From Escherichia phage ECOP18: DNA of 64,000 nt. Positions 21,054-31,046 of the stretch are shown here, piece after piece. The position numbers and the translations under genes were made by a program. Location of the stretch: the sequence record NC_105825.1. One strand, 5' to 3'. Positions within the stretch are counted from its first letter, which is position 1; every line of letters begins with the position of its first letter. The notes under the pieces were generated by a model. That model searched no databases. It worked only from the letters and a program-made list of their open reading frames with translations, and was not told the origin of the DNA.

Positions 21054-22811
21054 TTAGGTAAGGCGTTGAACTGTTACTCTTAATCTAGGTAGAAAAACTG
21101 CACTACCTAAACTTACGTGCATAACTACCCCTAACTCTACATTTCCGTTCCCCAGATTTTTAGCAGTGTATATAAAACTATTTCTACTTAGGGCATTGTT
21201 AGGTGTGTATCTAAAAGCAGATGTAGTATGAAAAGGTACTAAATACCCTACTGGTAGTGTTAAAATCTGGTGGAATATCGCATCTCCATTACCATAACTA
21301 TATGCTCTTCTTCCTTGCACTTGAAACACGCCGTTATTCCATGTATTAGCAGGAACACCTGCACAGTTAAGATTACCTGATATAACTTCAGTGGTAAGAA
21401 TTACAGTAGCATTGCCACCCGGTATACCTAGCCCAATAGTTGATAAACCAACGTATCTATCTCCAGTTCCTGGGTAGCTGGGAGTAATATCATCCCCCAT
21501 GTAAGAACTACCAACATTTCCGCTAAAAAGTCGTAGTGGAACTGCTGAAGGCCCCCAAACAACCCCGTGTTCATTACCGATAGTATTATCATTAGAGTTT
21601 ACGTACCATTGCTTACCAGCTCCGAATTTGTAAATACTAATTTGAGACTTAACCCCTCCATAGTCCACAGGAGACCATAAACTCCCGTTACTAGAACCTA
21701 CAAGTTCACACCTTGCGGTGGTATCTCCAAAGGCCCCAGTGTACGCTGCATTATTTCCAACATATTCCATATCTGGTCTATAACCTAAGTTACCAAAAGC
21801 GTTCTGGTTAATAAACTTGTATCCAGTATTGGGAAGACTAACCCCTTTAATTATGAAATTAGAAGGAGATATAAGAATATCTGAACCAGTAAAAGGATTA
21901 CCAGAGATACTCATACCACCATTTGAGTATCTTAAATTCAGAACATACCAAATAACTTTAGTAGGGGTTATGTTATACCAATCCTGTAATATTGTAGCGT
22001 TACCAGATTGGTTAGCTAAATTAGTTGTAGACCCCCTACAAACAAATCTGTTACCTCCATCATGATACATAGTATTTACATTACCAGGAAGACCTTGTCT
22101 TACCCCACCATACCCACGTATGTTAGAGTTACAAACATAAAACCAATCGTGCCCTCTGTGTGCTGATCCTAAAGGAGACATCCATCCTGGGTCCCAGTAA
22201 TATTGGTTATTACCATCTATAGGTACTGTACTACTATTAGTAGGGAATCCTAACTGTGCAAAAGCTTCTGCAACAGTAATACCTACTGGAGCTCCTGCAC
22301 CCGGCCTAACTATATCATGATACGTACTATGTAAGGTAGTACCCCCTGTACCATTCCTAGAAATAGATTCTTCATGCCCTATAGATGGATTATAGTTATA
22401 TGTACCAGATGCCAGGCTATTACCAAATGCAAATCCACTAGTCTGGGAAACACTAGCAAAAGATCTAAAAGGATCTGCTTGAGTGGCAACTATAGTTTGA
22501 CCCACCTTACTCTGAGTACCATTAAGAAAAGCTCTGTGAGTACCATTAATCTCAATAGCAGTTAATATAACTCTACCGGGGTCATTGGATTTAATATTTA
22601 TTATGTCAGAGGGCATCTGACATACAAAAAACCCATTACCGGCATCACCTAACCCAGACTCATAAGTACCATCAACTAGGACAAATGGCATATCACTATG
22701 AAAAATACTATTGGTATTTGGACTATAGTGACGATTAATGTCACCACCAGATTCAGTATTTAAAGATAGTACGGTCTTACCATCGCTATATTTTCCAGCG
22801 AAAAAACCCAT
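21054..22811 (-). CDS. receptor-binding tail protein, pb5/Oad-like by position (585 aa)
   Basis: Gly/Asn/Ser-rich beta-type protein, divergently adjacent to lipoprotein gene as for T5 oad-llp. Confidence 0.55.
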   Translation of the reverse strand: MGFFAGKYSDGKTVLSLNTESGGDINRHYSPNTNSIFHSDMPFVLVDGTYESGLGDAGNGFFVCQMPSDIINIKSNDPGRVILTAIEINGTHRAFLNGTQSKVGQTIVATQADPFRSFASVSQTSGFAFGNSLASGTYNYNPSIGHEESISRNGTGGTTLHSTYHDIVRPGAGAPVGITVAEAFAQLGFPTNSSTVPIDGNNQYYWDPGWMSPLGSAHRGHDWFYVCNSNIRGYGGVRQGLPGNVNTMYHDGGNRFVCRGSTTNLANQSGNATILQDWYNITPTKVIWYVLNLRYSNGGMSISGNPFTGSDILISPSNFIIKGVSLPNTGYKFINQNAFGNLGYRPDMEYVGNNAAYTGAFGDTTARCELVGSSNGSLWSPVDYGGVKSQISIYKFGAGKQWYVNSNDNTIGNEHGVVWGPSAVPLRLFSGNVGSSYMGDDITPSYPGTGDRYVGLSTIGLGIPGGNATVILTTEVISGNLNCAGVPANTWNNGVFQVQGRRAYSYGNGDAIFHQILTLPVGYLVPFHTTSAFRYTPNNALSRNSFIYTAKNLGNGNVELGVVMHVSLGSAVFLPRLRVTVQRLT

Positions 22812-22896
22812 ATAATCTCCTATTATAAAAATGTATTTGCTTTCATCTCTCTATTTTGCTATAATATATTCATAAATTAGAAATGGAGAGATAAAT

Positions 22897-23163
22897 ATGA
22901 AAAAGTTTGTGATTACACTAGTTGCCGCAGTTATGTTATCTGGTTGTGCACCTGCTCCCAAACCATTTTGTACTGGATTTGTAAAATCTTTTGGTGGTGC
23001 GGGAGAAGAACATTACGGCCTCAAGGTTCAAAAAGTTCGTATTAAGGGAGATCGATTCCCAGTAGTACAGCTCCGTACTAAGTTTGGGTGGTGGGATCTC
23101 AGTCAGTTTGACCTTAAATATGGTGATTGTAAATTTAAACTAGAGCAATCTAACTACCTGTAA
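22897..23163 (+). CDS. llp: lytic-conversion lipoprotein, Llp-like (88 aa)
   Basis: Signal peptide with lipobox LSGC; divergent from receptor-binding gene. Confidence 0.65.
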   Translation: MKKFVITLVAAVMLSGCAPAPKPFCTGFVKSFGGAGEEHYGLKVQKVRIKGDRFPVVQLRTKFGWWDLSQFDLKYGDCKFKLEQSNYL

Positions 23164-23276
23164 TTAGTATAAAGCAAAAAGACATCTAAGTAAACTAAAT
23201 TTTTTATTTTTTGGACGGTATATTGGCAGAAACCACTATGTAAGAAAAGTAGAAGTCCTTCTAGGAAGTCACGAGC

Positions 23277-23468
23277 ATGGTTGGTTATGCACAAATTATA
23301 AAATATTCCAAATACCAGACTCATAGGAGCATAAAAGATATGTCAAATAAAAGAAAGAACAGACGTGGAGAAGTGTACGAAGCGTGGATTAATATTTACG
23401 GATTTGGTTTTGTATTATTCCTAATCTTCGTAGGTTTTTGGTTAGCAGCTATGGCGGGGTGGATTTAA
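23277..23468 (+). CDS. small membrane protein (likely start at internal Met, ~42 aa)
   Basis: C-terminal hydrophobic helix FGFVLFLIFVGFWLAAMAGWI. Confidence 0.35.
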   Translation: MVGYAQIIKYSKYQTHRSIKDMSNKRKNRRGEVYEAWINIYGFGFVLFLIFVGFWLAAMAGWI

Positions 23469-23623
23469 TGGAATGGGTAATTATTGGCATATTCGTCTTA
23501 TTGATACTTCTCTTTGTAGGCTTACGTGTAATAGATACCTCTGTAACCCAAACAGAAATTAGATTAATGCAGTTGAGTAATAGATTATCTAGAATTGAAA
23601 CTTTATTAGAGGAGCGTAAATAA
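23468..23623 (+). CDS. small membrane protein MEWVII family (51 aa)
   Basis: ATG at 23468; single TM helix; ends ...RIETLLEERK. Confidence 0.4.
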   Translation: MEWVIIGIFVLLILLFVGLRVIDTSVTQTEIRLMQLSNRLSRIETLLEERK

Positions 23624-23730
23624 TGGAATGGGTAATTATTGCACTACTGGGGATTGTGATTATTGGGCAATGTATTCTAGATAATCACTTAGCTAGAATT
23701 GAAACCTTACTATCGGAGAAACGTAAATGA
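23624..23730 (+). CDS. small membrane protein MEWVII family paralog (35 aa)
   Basis: Not in ORF track (<60 aa); MEWVIIALLGIVIIGQCILDNHLARIETLLSEKRK, tandem paralog of preceding gene. Confidence 0.4.
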
Positions 23731-23921
23731 TGGAAGTAGTAGCTACACTAATAGTAATACTAGTCTGGGCAGTTTTCATTATTTCTTACACCGTGTACGT
23801 TCGCCTAAAAACTCTAGAAGCTCAAGTAAAACAACAACAATTTGCGCTAGAAAAATTAGTAGAACTGCAACGTTGTGATAGTACCCGTATTCTGCAAATT
23901 GAGAGGGAATTAGATGTTTAG
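23727..23921 (+). CDS. small membrane protein (64 aa)
   Basis: N-terminal TM helix then charged helix. Confidence 0.4.
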   Translation: MMEVVATLIVILVWAVFIISYTVYVRLKTLEAQVKQQQFALEKLVELQRCDSTRILQIERELDV

Positions 23922-24138
23922 TATTATAGTTGCTTTTATTATCGGGGTAATCGCGGGAGTTTTCGGGACGACTGCGGCTATTAACAAGCATCGTAAATAT
24001 ATTGCGGAAGTATCGCGGGAGATTGCGGAAAGAGAGCGGAAGTTTGACGAGAAACGTGCGGAGTTTGAGCGAGAATGGTCGGATGGATCTCGGGCGTCGC
24101 GGAAGAGATTTCGGGCTAAGGTGAGTGATGAAGAATAA
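23914..24138 (+). CDS. small membrane protein (74 aa)
   Basis: N-terminal TM helix then highly charged tail. Confidence 0.4.
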   Translation: MFSIIVAFIIGVIAGVFGTTAAINKHRKYIAEVSREIAERERKFDEKRAEFEREWSDGSRASRKRFRAKVSDEE

Positions 24139-24664
24139 CTTAAGTATACAGGGCATACAAGAAGCATTTGCTTATGATCCCGAAACCGGAGTTATTACCT
24201 GGAAAAGTGGTAGTCGTAAAGGAAAAGAAGCTGGCACTTTAAATAGAGGATATAGACAGCTTAAGTACAAAGGGTTTAGAGCTTATGCACATCAAATAGC
24301 TTTTGTTATTATGGAGAATAGATGGCCCGAGGAATGCGTTGACCATATTGACAGGAATAAACTAAATAATAGATGGTCAAATCTGCGAGAAGCTACAATT
24401 ACGGAAAATAATCATAATGGTAGAACTTCAAAAACATCCTCGGGCTATCTAAATGTTACGTGGCATAAGGGACTCCATAAATGGATGGTAAGATTACACG
24501 ACAAACATGGACTTATAAAGGGTACTACTGAGTATTTTTCCTACGATAGATTGGAAGATGCAGTAAATTATGCGAATTTACTAAGAAAGAAATTTCATGG
24601 CAGCTTTGCAGTACAAGAGGCATTCAAAGGGAACATACCAGATGTTGTTCAGTTAAACAGTTAA
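24125..24664 (+). CDS. HNH homing endonuclease (179 aa)
   Basis: HQIAF...CVDHIDRNKLNNRWSNLREAT...ENN motif block. Confidence 0.65.
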   Translation: MMKNNLSIQGIQEAFAYDPETGVITWKSGSRKGKEAGTLNRGYRQLKYKGFRAYAHQIAFVIMENRWPEECVDHIDRNKLNNRWSNLREATITENNHNGRTSKTSSGYLNVTWHKGLHKWMVRLHDKHGLIKGTTEYFSYDRLEDAVNYANLLRKKFHGSFAVQEAFKGNIPDVVQLNS

Positions 24665-24785
24665 TTAGCACTAAAATGACTTTTGCCAAATTCTTTGGAT
24701 TACGTACGCGTGGGTGGGTCCACTGCCTCCGGCGAAAATACTTAGTCTGCTAACCGCCACCCCCGTTACTATTACCATGCTAACT

Positions 24786-24822
24786 GTTTCACCCTGCAAC
24801 CATTTTAATTGCAGGGTGAAAC
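24786..24822. terminator. bidirectional hairpin between convergent genes
   Basis: Perfect inverted repeat gtttcaccctgcaa...ttgcagggtgaaac. Confidence 0.5.
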
Positions 24823-24839
24823 AATTTCAACTTTAATTA

Positions 24840-25574
24840 TTACGCAACTTTTAATTTCTCCATGTATTGTTGCGGGCTGCAACTATATTCTGCGCGTTCT
24901 TCCTCGGTCATACCTTCCCAACATAATTTCAAACGATCAGCTAGGAATTGATAATCATTATCATCGTCGAGGGATTCATCAATAAAGGTTTCACCTATCA
25001 ATGTAACCCCAATCGATAGAATATCGTTAACGGCTTGTGCGTCCAGCGTTTTAAATCCATATGACGCTGCCGCTGATAGCACGCCTTTATGATCATCAAT
25101 CATTGTAAAATCAGCGTTCGGATATAACTGTTTAAATAACTCAAAATAATAAGATTTATACACGGCGTCCTTGCTGTGGTATATTTCGCTAACCTTATCA
25201 GCTTTAAAATATTTATGCAGTGTGTCGCGGGAAAACACGCGGATATTGCTTTTATCACGACCACGCAAGCCTTGTTTGCGCAGGAAGTAATAATCTGATT
25301 TGCTCATTAGTCGAGCGGTGCAAATAATGTTTAAAGTATTTGCGTCATTCATGCACTGGCGCATGTATTCAACTAATGGTAATAATGTATCTTGCATTAT
25401 TAAATGATGTTTGCAGGCTTCATTTTTATACTTATTTAAATCTAAATTGCCCTCACTATCAAAGCAAGGCGCTACACGGTGGAAAGAATTAACAATAGTG
25501 CCGTCTAAATCCCAAATCATGACGCGGGAAATATGCGGGAAGCTGCGGGAAATATTCATAATAGCTTTATTCAT
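24840..25574 (-). CDS. dmp: 5'-deoxyribonucleotidase Dmp-like, HAD hydrolase (244 aa)
   Basis: HAD motif I (IWDLDGTI); size matches T5 Dmp (from memory). Confidence 0.65.
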   Translation of the reverse strand: MNKAIMNISRSFPHISRVMIWDLDGTIVNSFHRVAPCFDSEGNLDLNKYKNEACKHHLIMQDTLLPLVEYMRQCMNDANTLNIICTARLMSKSDYYFLRKQGLRGRDKSNIRVFSRDTLHKYFKADKVSEIYHSKDAVYKSYYFELFKQLYPNADFTMIDDHKGVLSAAASYGFKTLDAQAVNDILSIGVTLIGETFIDESLDDDNDYQFLADRLKLCWEGMTEEERAEYSCSPQQYMEKLKVA

Positions 25575-25661
25575 TTTGTTACGTTCTCCATTTAAGGGAT
25601 TAGATTAATTCAATCTTGCCAGCTAATTATATTAGATTAGCTGGCAATGTTCAATTAACTA

Positions 25662-26054
25662 TTAATTAGTGAGGCCATACGCTAGCGCGTCACCAATAAA
25701 GCTAAGATCTTCACCATGTACGCTAGAACGAATCCCCGCGCAAGTATAAACCATTGCGCTAGCTTCTGGATTGCAGACCGGACACGGCTTAACAACTGCA
25801 AACGCTAAACCGGATTTAAGCGCATCAATAATAATTGTTTGCACTGTCAAAGTATCAGCGTAAACGCCTTTTGCTTTTGTATGGCTTGCCACTTTGCCGG
25901 TATCATAAGCAAAGGTAGTAACCTGCAAAGCGTCGTTATAATTCAGCAAATCAAAATTAACTTGCCCCGCCTCGACGTGGTAACGTTCGCCGTTAGAATA
26001 AACCAGAACAATGGAAGACTGAGCGCGGTCAAATGGAATATTTTGCTTTTTCAT
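25662..26054 (-). CDS. hypothetical pre-early protein (130 aa)
   Basis: ORF track. Confidence 0.4.
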   Translation of the reverse strand: MKKQNIPFDRAQSSIVLVYSNGERYHVEAGQVNFDLLNYNDALQVTTFAYDTGKVASHTKAKGVYADTLTVQTIIIDALKSGLAFAVVKPCPVCNPEASAMVYTCAGIRSSVHGEDLSFIGDALAYGLTN

Positions 26055-26093
26055 ATTTATAAAACTCCGGTTAGTTTAATATAGGGATTTAAT

Positions 26094-26384
26094 TTATTGT
26101 ACTGTAATACTAGGAGAATGATTAGTTAATTCTAGTGGCACTTTAAACGTTTCTTGTGATAGCGTACAGGCATCTATAACAATAGCCCCCGCTTTACCTA
26201 CTACTAGCACACCATTATAAACAGGGATAATAAAATCACCTTTATGAATTGGATAATCGGGATATTCTAGGAGGTCAGAACATGCGCGATATACTTCCCC
26301 GTTTATATAAGCATCTTGATAAGAAATATCATCCAGTAAAGAGGATTTAGGGGAAAATTCATTGCTAGGTAAATTAATTTTCAT
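26094..26384 (-). CDS. hypothetical pre-early protein (96 aa)
   Basis: ORF track. Confidence 0.4.
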   Translation of the reverse strand: MKINLPSNEFSPKSSLLDDISYQDAYINGEVYRACSDLLEYPDYPIHKGDFIIPVYNGVLVVGKAGAIVIDACTLSQETFKVPLELTNHSPSITVQ

Positions 26385-26394
26385 ATTGCGTCAC

Positions 26395-26652
26395 CTATTT
26401 AATAATAATCTGCATCTGGTACGGCGTTAATTCACCGTTTACGGGTAAATTATTATCACTTAGCCACTCATAAAAAGCGCTATCGTCATCAAAAGGAACA
26501 ACATCATTATCACGGGAATCGACGGAAATAATGCCATCAGTATTAGTTTTGGCGGCTAGGATAGGCCCGAAGCTGTAAACTTTATCGGATTCCATTTCAT
26601 CGGGTGAAATGAATACTTTTTCGTCCAGTGTTTTGGGTAATGTAACTTTCAT
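26395..26652 (-). CDS. hypothetical pre-early protein (85 aa)
   Basis: ORF track. Confidence 0.4.
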   Translation of the reverse strand: MKVTLPKTLDEKVFISPDEMESDKVYSFGPILAAKTNTDGIISVDSRDNDVVPFDDDSAFYEWLSDNNLPVNGELTPYQMQIIIK

Positions 26653-26704
26653 TTTTGTGACTACTGAAATAGCGGCTATATTTCAAGCCGCCGCCCTGAT
26701 TTAA

Positions 26705-28369
26705 TTACGCAAAAAATTTGCCGTTTTTAAAGTCGATCAAAGTACGCTGGCCGTTCGCATAGGTAATAACATGCGTTTGCGTCCAGCTTGACGCGCCAAC
26801 GTTGTAACCCATGTCCAGACTACCAGCTACGCCAGCGGTATATACCCCGCCGTAAATGCTTGCCGTATGAGTATGCCCCGTGTTTAATTTGCCCAATTTC
26901 TTAAACTGTTTAGGATTGCCACGGCTGCCGTTAATGCCGTTGTGACCGTGTACGCCGCATTCAATGCCTGCAATTTTAAATGATTGGTCAGTTGTTAGGA
27001 AAATGGCGTTAAACTCGCAACCTGCAACCTTACGCAGCGCATAATCTAGCACGTTGAAAGTATCGTCTTTTTCTGCAATAGCTCCGTAAATCGCGGCATT
27101 TAGGCGGTGATACAGTTCCGCGTTGGCTGGATCGTCCTTAATGTTAGCATTACGATCATCTAACCAACGGGATAGCGCCAGATCGTGGTTTGATTCTACA
27201 ATGATCGTTTGAGAAAAATCGCGCTCCATTGATTCCAGTACGCGCCCCGTATCGATGAGATCATCCAGCACTTTATCACGTCCGGCGGCGTATTGTTTTG
27301 CTAGGAATACACCGGATGCACGGTTATGATGGTTGCGAGATGTAAAATCATGCACGTCATGGATAAACTGATATTTTGGTTTAAGAATATCAAGCAAGCT
27401 ATTTTCGCCAGCCCATGACGCAGCGGCGCAATCGTCATCTAATTTTTCGGCGTGAATATCGCCATACTGCAAGCCTAAAACATGCCCCGATGTTTCATAA
27501 CATCCGGCGGGAGTAGCGCAAACATTCAGATCATAAAATACCCCGCTTTCATCCATCGTTTCAAGCTGGCGAACAAAAAATTCCCCGTCCTCGTCGAACT
27601 CGACAACAAGCGCACCGAAATTATGAAGTGCTTCCGCTTTTTGTCCTGCTTTCTGCTGGATGTAATTTTTTAGCGTTGCCGTGCCAGTTGAATACATACG
27701 GCGCACTACTTCACCTTTTAAAGCTGGCACGCTTTCAGCGGTGATTTTAGCGTGACCAATTGCCAGCCCCTCAATATTGAGCGCCGTTGCAGTTTCTGCA
27801 AATCCTGAAAGCGGGTAATCTGCGGTTGGCAAAACATTAATTTCAGCCATGAAAGCAAAACGGCGGTTATTTAAAAACACGTTTTTGCTGCAAATATATT
27901 TATCAAATGCGGGATCGTATTTGATACCGTCTGCACCTTCTCCATTCTGGAAGCCGTTTTTATTATAAATATACTTAGAAACAAGCAAATCAGCACCGAT
28001 ATATTCAGCGAATTTTTCCAGACTTGCTAAAAAGTTTTTATGCGGGAAAGTATTATTTTGAATCGACGTAATAATAAAGCGTTTACCCTGTTTTACTTCC
28101 CATTGCTCAACCGTACTAGAAACAATTCCCGCCGCTTCTGGGCGCTCATCGTTTTTAATGGCTTTTGTTACTTTTGCCGCTTTCGGTTTAGCTGGTTTAT
28201 TTGCTTCCAGCCAGTCGCAGATAGCGGTTGAATGCTTCGTTGTATCGTAGACCGCTTTTGATATATCGTCGCAGACTTCCAGTTTAGTAGCGCGCAGACG
28301 TTTACCATAGAAATTAAAGTCAGCGGCCATTTTCAGGATAACGGTTTGTTTTTCTGCGGAAATAATCAT
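26705..28369 (-). CDS. A1: A1-like pre-early protein, metallophosphoesterase fold (554 aa)
   Basis: Calcineurin-like motifs (GDIH, SNHD, GHTH); size and position match T5 A1 (from memory). Confidence 0.65.
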   Translation of the reverse strand: MIISAEKQTVILKMAADFNFYGKRLRATKLEVCDDISKAVYDTTKHSTAICDWLEANKPAKPKAAKVTKAIKNDERPEAAGIVSSTVEQWEVKQGKRFIITSIQNNTFPHKNFLASLEKFAEYIGADLLVSKYIYNKNGFQNGEGADGIKYDPAFDKYICSKNVFLNNRRFAFMAEINVLPTADYPLSGFAETATALNIEGLAIGHAKITAESVPALKGEVVRRMYSTGTATLKNYIQQKAGQKAEALHNFGALVVEFDEDGEFFVRQLETMDESGVFYDLNVCATPAGCYETSGHVLGLQYGDIHAEKLDDDCAAASWAGENSLLDILKPKYQFIHDVHDFTSRNHHNRASGVFLAKQYAAGRDKVLDDLIDTGRVLESMERDFSQTIIVESNHDLALSRWLDDRNANIKDDPANAELYHRLNAAIYGAIAEKDDTFNVLDYALRKVAGCEFNAIFLTTDQSFKIAGIECGVHGHNGINGSRGNPKQFKKLGKLNTGHTHTASIYGGVYTAGVAGSLDMGYNVGASSWTQTHVITYANGQRTLIDFKNGKFFA

Positions 28370-28459
28370 AGTAATAAAACTCCATTAAAGGGATTAGATT
28401 AATAACGGCAATATTGCCAAATATAACGCCTCAAATAATAGGCGTTATAATTTGCAACA

Positions 28460-28657
28460 TTAATTTAAAGGCACTAGGCTAGAACTAACACCACAAGCAA
28501 CGGCAGCGATAAAACAAAGCAAGCCCAAACGTTTTGCTAATTTAGATTTACGTTTAAAATAATATGAATCTAAATCATTTTGAAAATAAGCGAACAATAA
28601 CGAGGCCGCCATAATAAACAAGCCTAGAATTAATGATTCAGTAGGATAAAAGATCAT
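28460..28657 (-). CDS. small membrane protein (65 aa)
   Basis: Two hydrophobic helices. Confidence 0.35.
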   Translation of the reverse strand: MIFYPTESLILGLFIMAASLLFAYFQNDLDSYYFKRKSKLAKRLGLLCFIAAVACGVSSSLVPLN

Positions 28658-28749
28658 TTTAAAAACTCCTGATTTAAGGGAAGAAAATAACTATCGCTAA
28701 ACAGTTATATTATTGCCCCCTCACTAAAAAAGGGGGCAAGGTATAACTA

Positions 28750-29157
28750 TTATTCGCCTGCGGCTTGTTTTACTTCCTCGGCAACGCCTAACAATTGCGC
28801 TACTGCGTCCAGCGTTTCAAGTTTTGCACTTTCAAGGCTTGCCAGATCATCGGCATCTTTGATAATGCCGGAATCGATAGCGTGTTTTGCAATAACGCGT
28901 ACATAATGAGCTTTGCGGATTGAACTACCGCCGCCAACTTTGCGAGGCTTATCGCTTTTTTGATATGCTTTTGCGCTGGTCAATTTTGACCGAACGGATA
29001 CGGGAGAAGCCGCGCCTACTGCTTTTGCAATCTCTTTCAGGCCGTCGCTATTTGCGAAATCTAAACCGTTTTCATTAATTAACTGTTGATACATGGAAAC
29101 AGCTTTCTGAGTGTTTTCTTCATTCCATGCGAATTTTGCGGTTTTAGCGTTAGTCAT
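28750..29157 (-). CDS. A2: A2-like pre-early DNA-binding protein (135 aa)
   Basis: Position upstream of A1-like gene; basic central segment. Confidence 0.45.
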   Translation of the reverse strand: MTNAKTAKFAWNEENTQKAVSMYQQLINENGLDFANSDGLKEIAKAVGAASPVSVRSKLTSAKAYQKSDKPRKVGGGSSIRKAHYVRVIAKHAIDSGIIKDADDLASLESAKLETLDAVAQLLGVAEEVKQAAGE

Positions 29158-29253
29158 GATGTAACTCCTATTAGTTTAATTTAAGGGATTAGATTAACTT
29201 AATGTTAATCGTTATATCCCCCTGAAATAAGGGGATATAAAGTTAACACTAAT

Positions 29254-29505
29254 TTACAATACAGCTTCCCATTTTTCGTTGCGTTGAACAACCTTTACAA
29301 CATCGCCGGATTTAACGCGAACGCTAAAAACGGGCTTGCCGTTGTTACTACGTTCATTTTCAGCGTATACCGCGTCGATTGTATCGAACGGCATAAGCGC
29401 CGCACCTTTAATACGTTCGGCCTTTCCGGTTAATTCATCCGTTTTAGTAACGAAAGGAATGAAGACGGATTGACCAACTTTCGGCGCGGTAATAACGTTT
29501 TGCAT
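29254..29505 (-). CDS. hypothetical protein (83 aa)
   Basis: ORF track. Confidence 0.4.
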   Translation of the reverse strand: MQNVITAPKVGQSVFIPFVTKTDELTGKAERIKGAALMPFDTIDAVYAENERSNNGKPVFSVRVKSGDVVKVVQRNEKWEAVL

Positions 29506-29735
29506 AATATAAACTCCTAGTTATTTGGGGATTGTTCCGCATTACCTGCTAGAAAGTAACAGCAGGTAATAAGTAACAATCCGCTCGCCAATATAATCAA
29601 TTTTAAAGAACTCCACGTAGGCCGCTATATCCCGTTAGGGGGCGGGATGCATTATGGTAAGCACCGACCGTCAAATTTTATCAAGTTATCGCTCTTATCG
29701 AACTGGGTACATCTTAAAACCTATCGGCTAGGTTG

Positions 29736-29939
29736 TCAAACAATTTTTTGCAATTTTTTATGATTTTCTTTTAGGTCAATCATAATATTTCGCCAGATCA
29801 TTTCCAGACCTTGCTGGCGACCTTTCTTGTACTGCGTGAATCTATATCTTACTGATCTTTGAGCTACTGTCAACAAATTTTTTGTTTTGCTATCTAGTGC
29901 CTTAATAGGCTTGCCAGTGATCAAAAGCGTTTGTTTCAT
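29736..29939 (-). CDS. hypothetical protein (67 aa)
   Basis: ORF track. Confidence 0.35.
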   Translation of the reverse strand: MKQTLLITGKPIKALDSKTKNLLTVAQRSVRYRFTQYKKGRQQGLEMIWRNIMIDLKENHKKLQKIV

Positions 29940-30386
29940 ATCGTCGATTCCTTATAATGAATAAGTTTACCGCCGATAGGCTTTAAGATGTACCCAATTT
30001 TTAAAGAGCGTGGCGGTAAACTTCCCGCCGTGTAGTTCGTCATTGCCGCCCTACGAGATAAATAATAGGGGATTCCCGAAAATGGCGCAACCTTATTTTT
30101 GTAAAGAAATGTAAAGGTAAAACTCACCGGACACCGTGCGGCGACGGCCTAAAATTAAAAGAAACGGGCGCGCGAATACCACAAAATAAAGCAAATAGGC
30201 AAGTAATTTTTTCATTTATATTTGCTTTGCCCTACTTGACAAAATCTAAAAAGCTCGTGGTAACGATAAACGGCTTATCCCCTTATGATGGGATGGCTAA
30301 AAACTTTATTGCGTTCTGGAGCGTTTTAGGCGCATTCTAGCCTTGTTGATAACTTATCCCCAAAAGCAAAAATGAAATTTTCCTAG

Positions 30387-30395
30387 TTATCCACT
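30387..30395 (+). promoter_or_regulatory. DnaA box-like (ttatccact)
   Basis: 8/9 match to TTATCCACA; inverted partner agtggataa at 30411-30419. Confidence 0.45.
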
Positions 30396-30497
30396 TGACT
30401 TTTATTTTCCAGTGGATAACTACTTATTTTATGAAATAAATTAATTGACTTTTATTTGTTAGTATGCATCGGAAAGATAGCAGACTAATAATTGCTA

Positions 30498-30512
30498 GAA
30501 TGATAATCATGC
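30498..30512. promoter_or_regulatory. Fur-box-like site (gaatgataatcatgc)
   Basis: Contains AATGATAATCAT, the core of the Fur consensus GATAATGATAATCATTATC. Confidence 0.35.
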
Positions 30513-30518
30513 TGGTGG
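30511..30518 (+). other. Chi octamer GCTGGTGG
   Basis: Exact match; second copy at 33872-33879, same strand. Confidence 0.4.
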
Positions 30519-30683
30519 ATTGTAACGACCTGAATTATTAGCAGACTATTAATCACGGAAAAATCTCATTAGCCAACTAACTATTTCATGATATATAATA
30601 TACATATAAATTAATGAGAAATAATAACTATAAGAAATCATCTAGCTAAGTGAGAACCACTATCATTTAAGTTATACACAAAG

Positions 30684-30692
30684 TTATCCACA
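30684..30692 (+). promoter_or_regulatory. DnaA box (ttatccaca)
   Basis: Perfect consensus 9-mer. Confidence 0.55.
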
Positions 30693-30763
30693 GCACTTTT
30701 TGACTTGACACGATAGGCGGCGATATAAGGACTTTTACACAGACTTATCTACAGGTTATTCCA

Positions 30764-30779
30764 CTGTATAAATATACAG
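30764..30779. promoter_or_regulatory. LexA (SOS) box-like palindrome ctgtataaatatacag
   Basis: CTGT-N8-ACAG with AT-rich spacer. Confidence 0.45.
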
Positions 30780-31046
30780 GGTAAAAAGGTAGTGTTAACA
30801 ACTGCAATCAATTTTAAGCGGCTTAAATCGCATTCTAACGAGCTAAACGCTGCGGGGTAATATTAAAGTAAAGCCTTAATGCGTCGCCCTGGTGGCTTCG
30901 CCGTGGTTTGCTCTTTATTGCACCGCTGCGCGGTTAGCATAAAAATAGGCGCTAGGCAAGGAAAATAAAAAGGTAAAATAATATTTGCCTATGCTAGAAA
31001 TTTACCTTTATCATTCACTCACCGATTAACGAGGGAGGCCGAACAA

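Noticed and set aside
28685-28745. Hairpin ttgccccct...agggggcaa downstream of A2-like gene as a terminator.
   Set aside because: No U-run follows on either strand; kept only as an unexplained hairpin.
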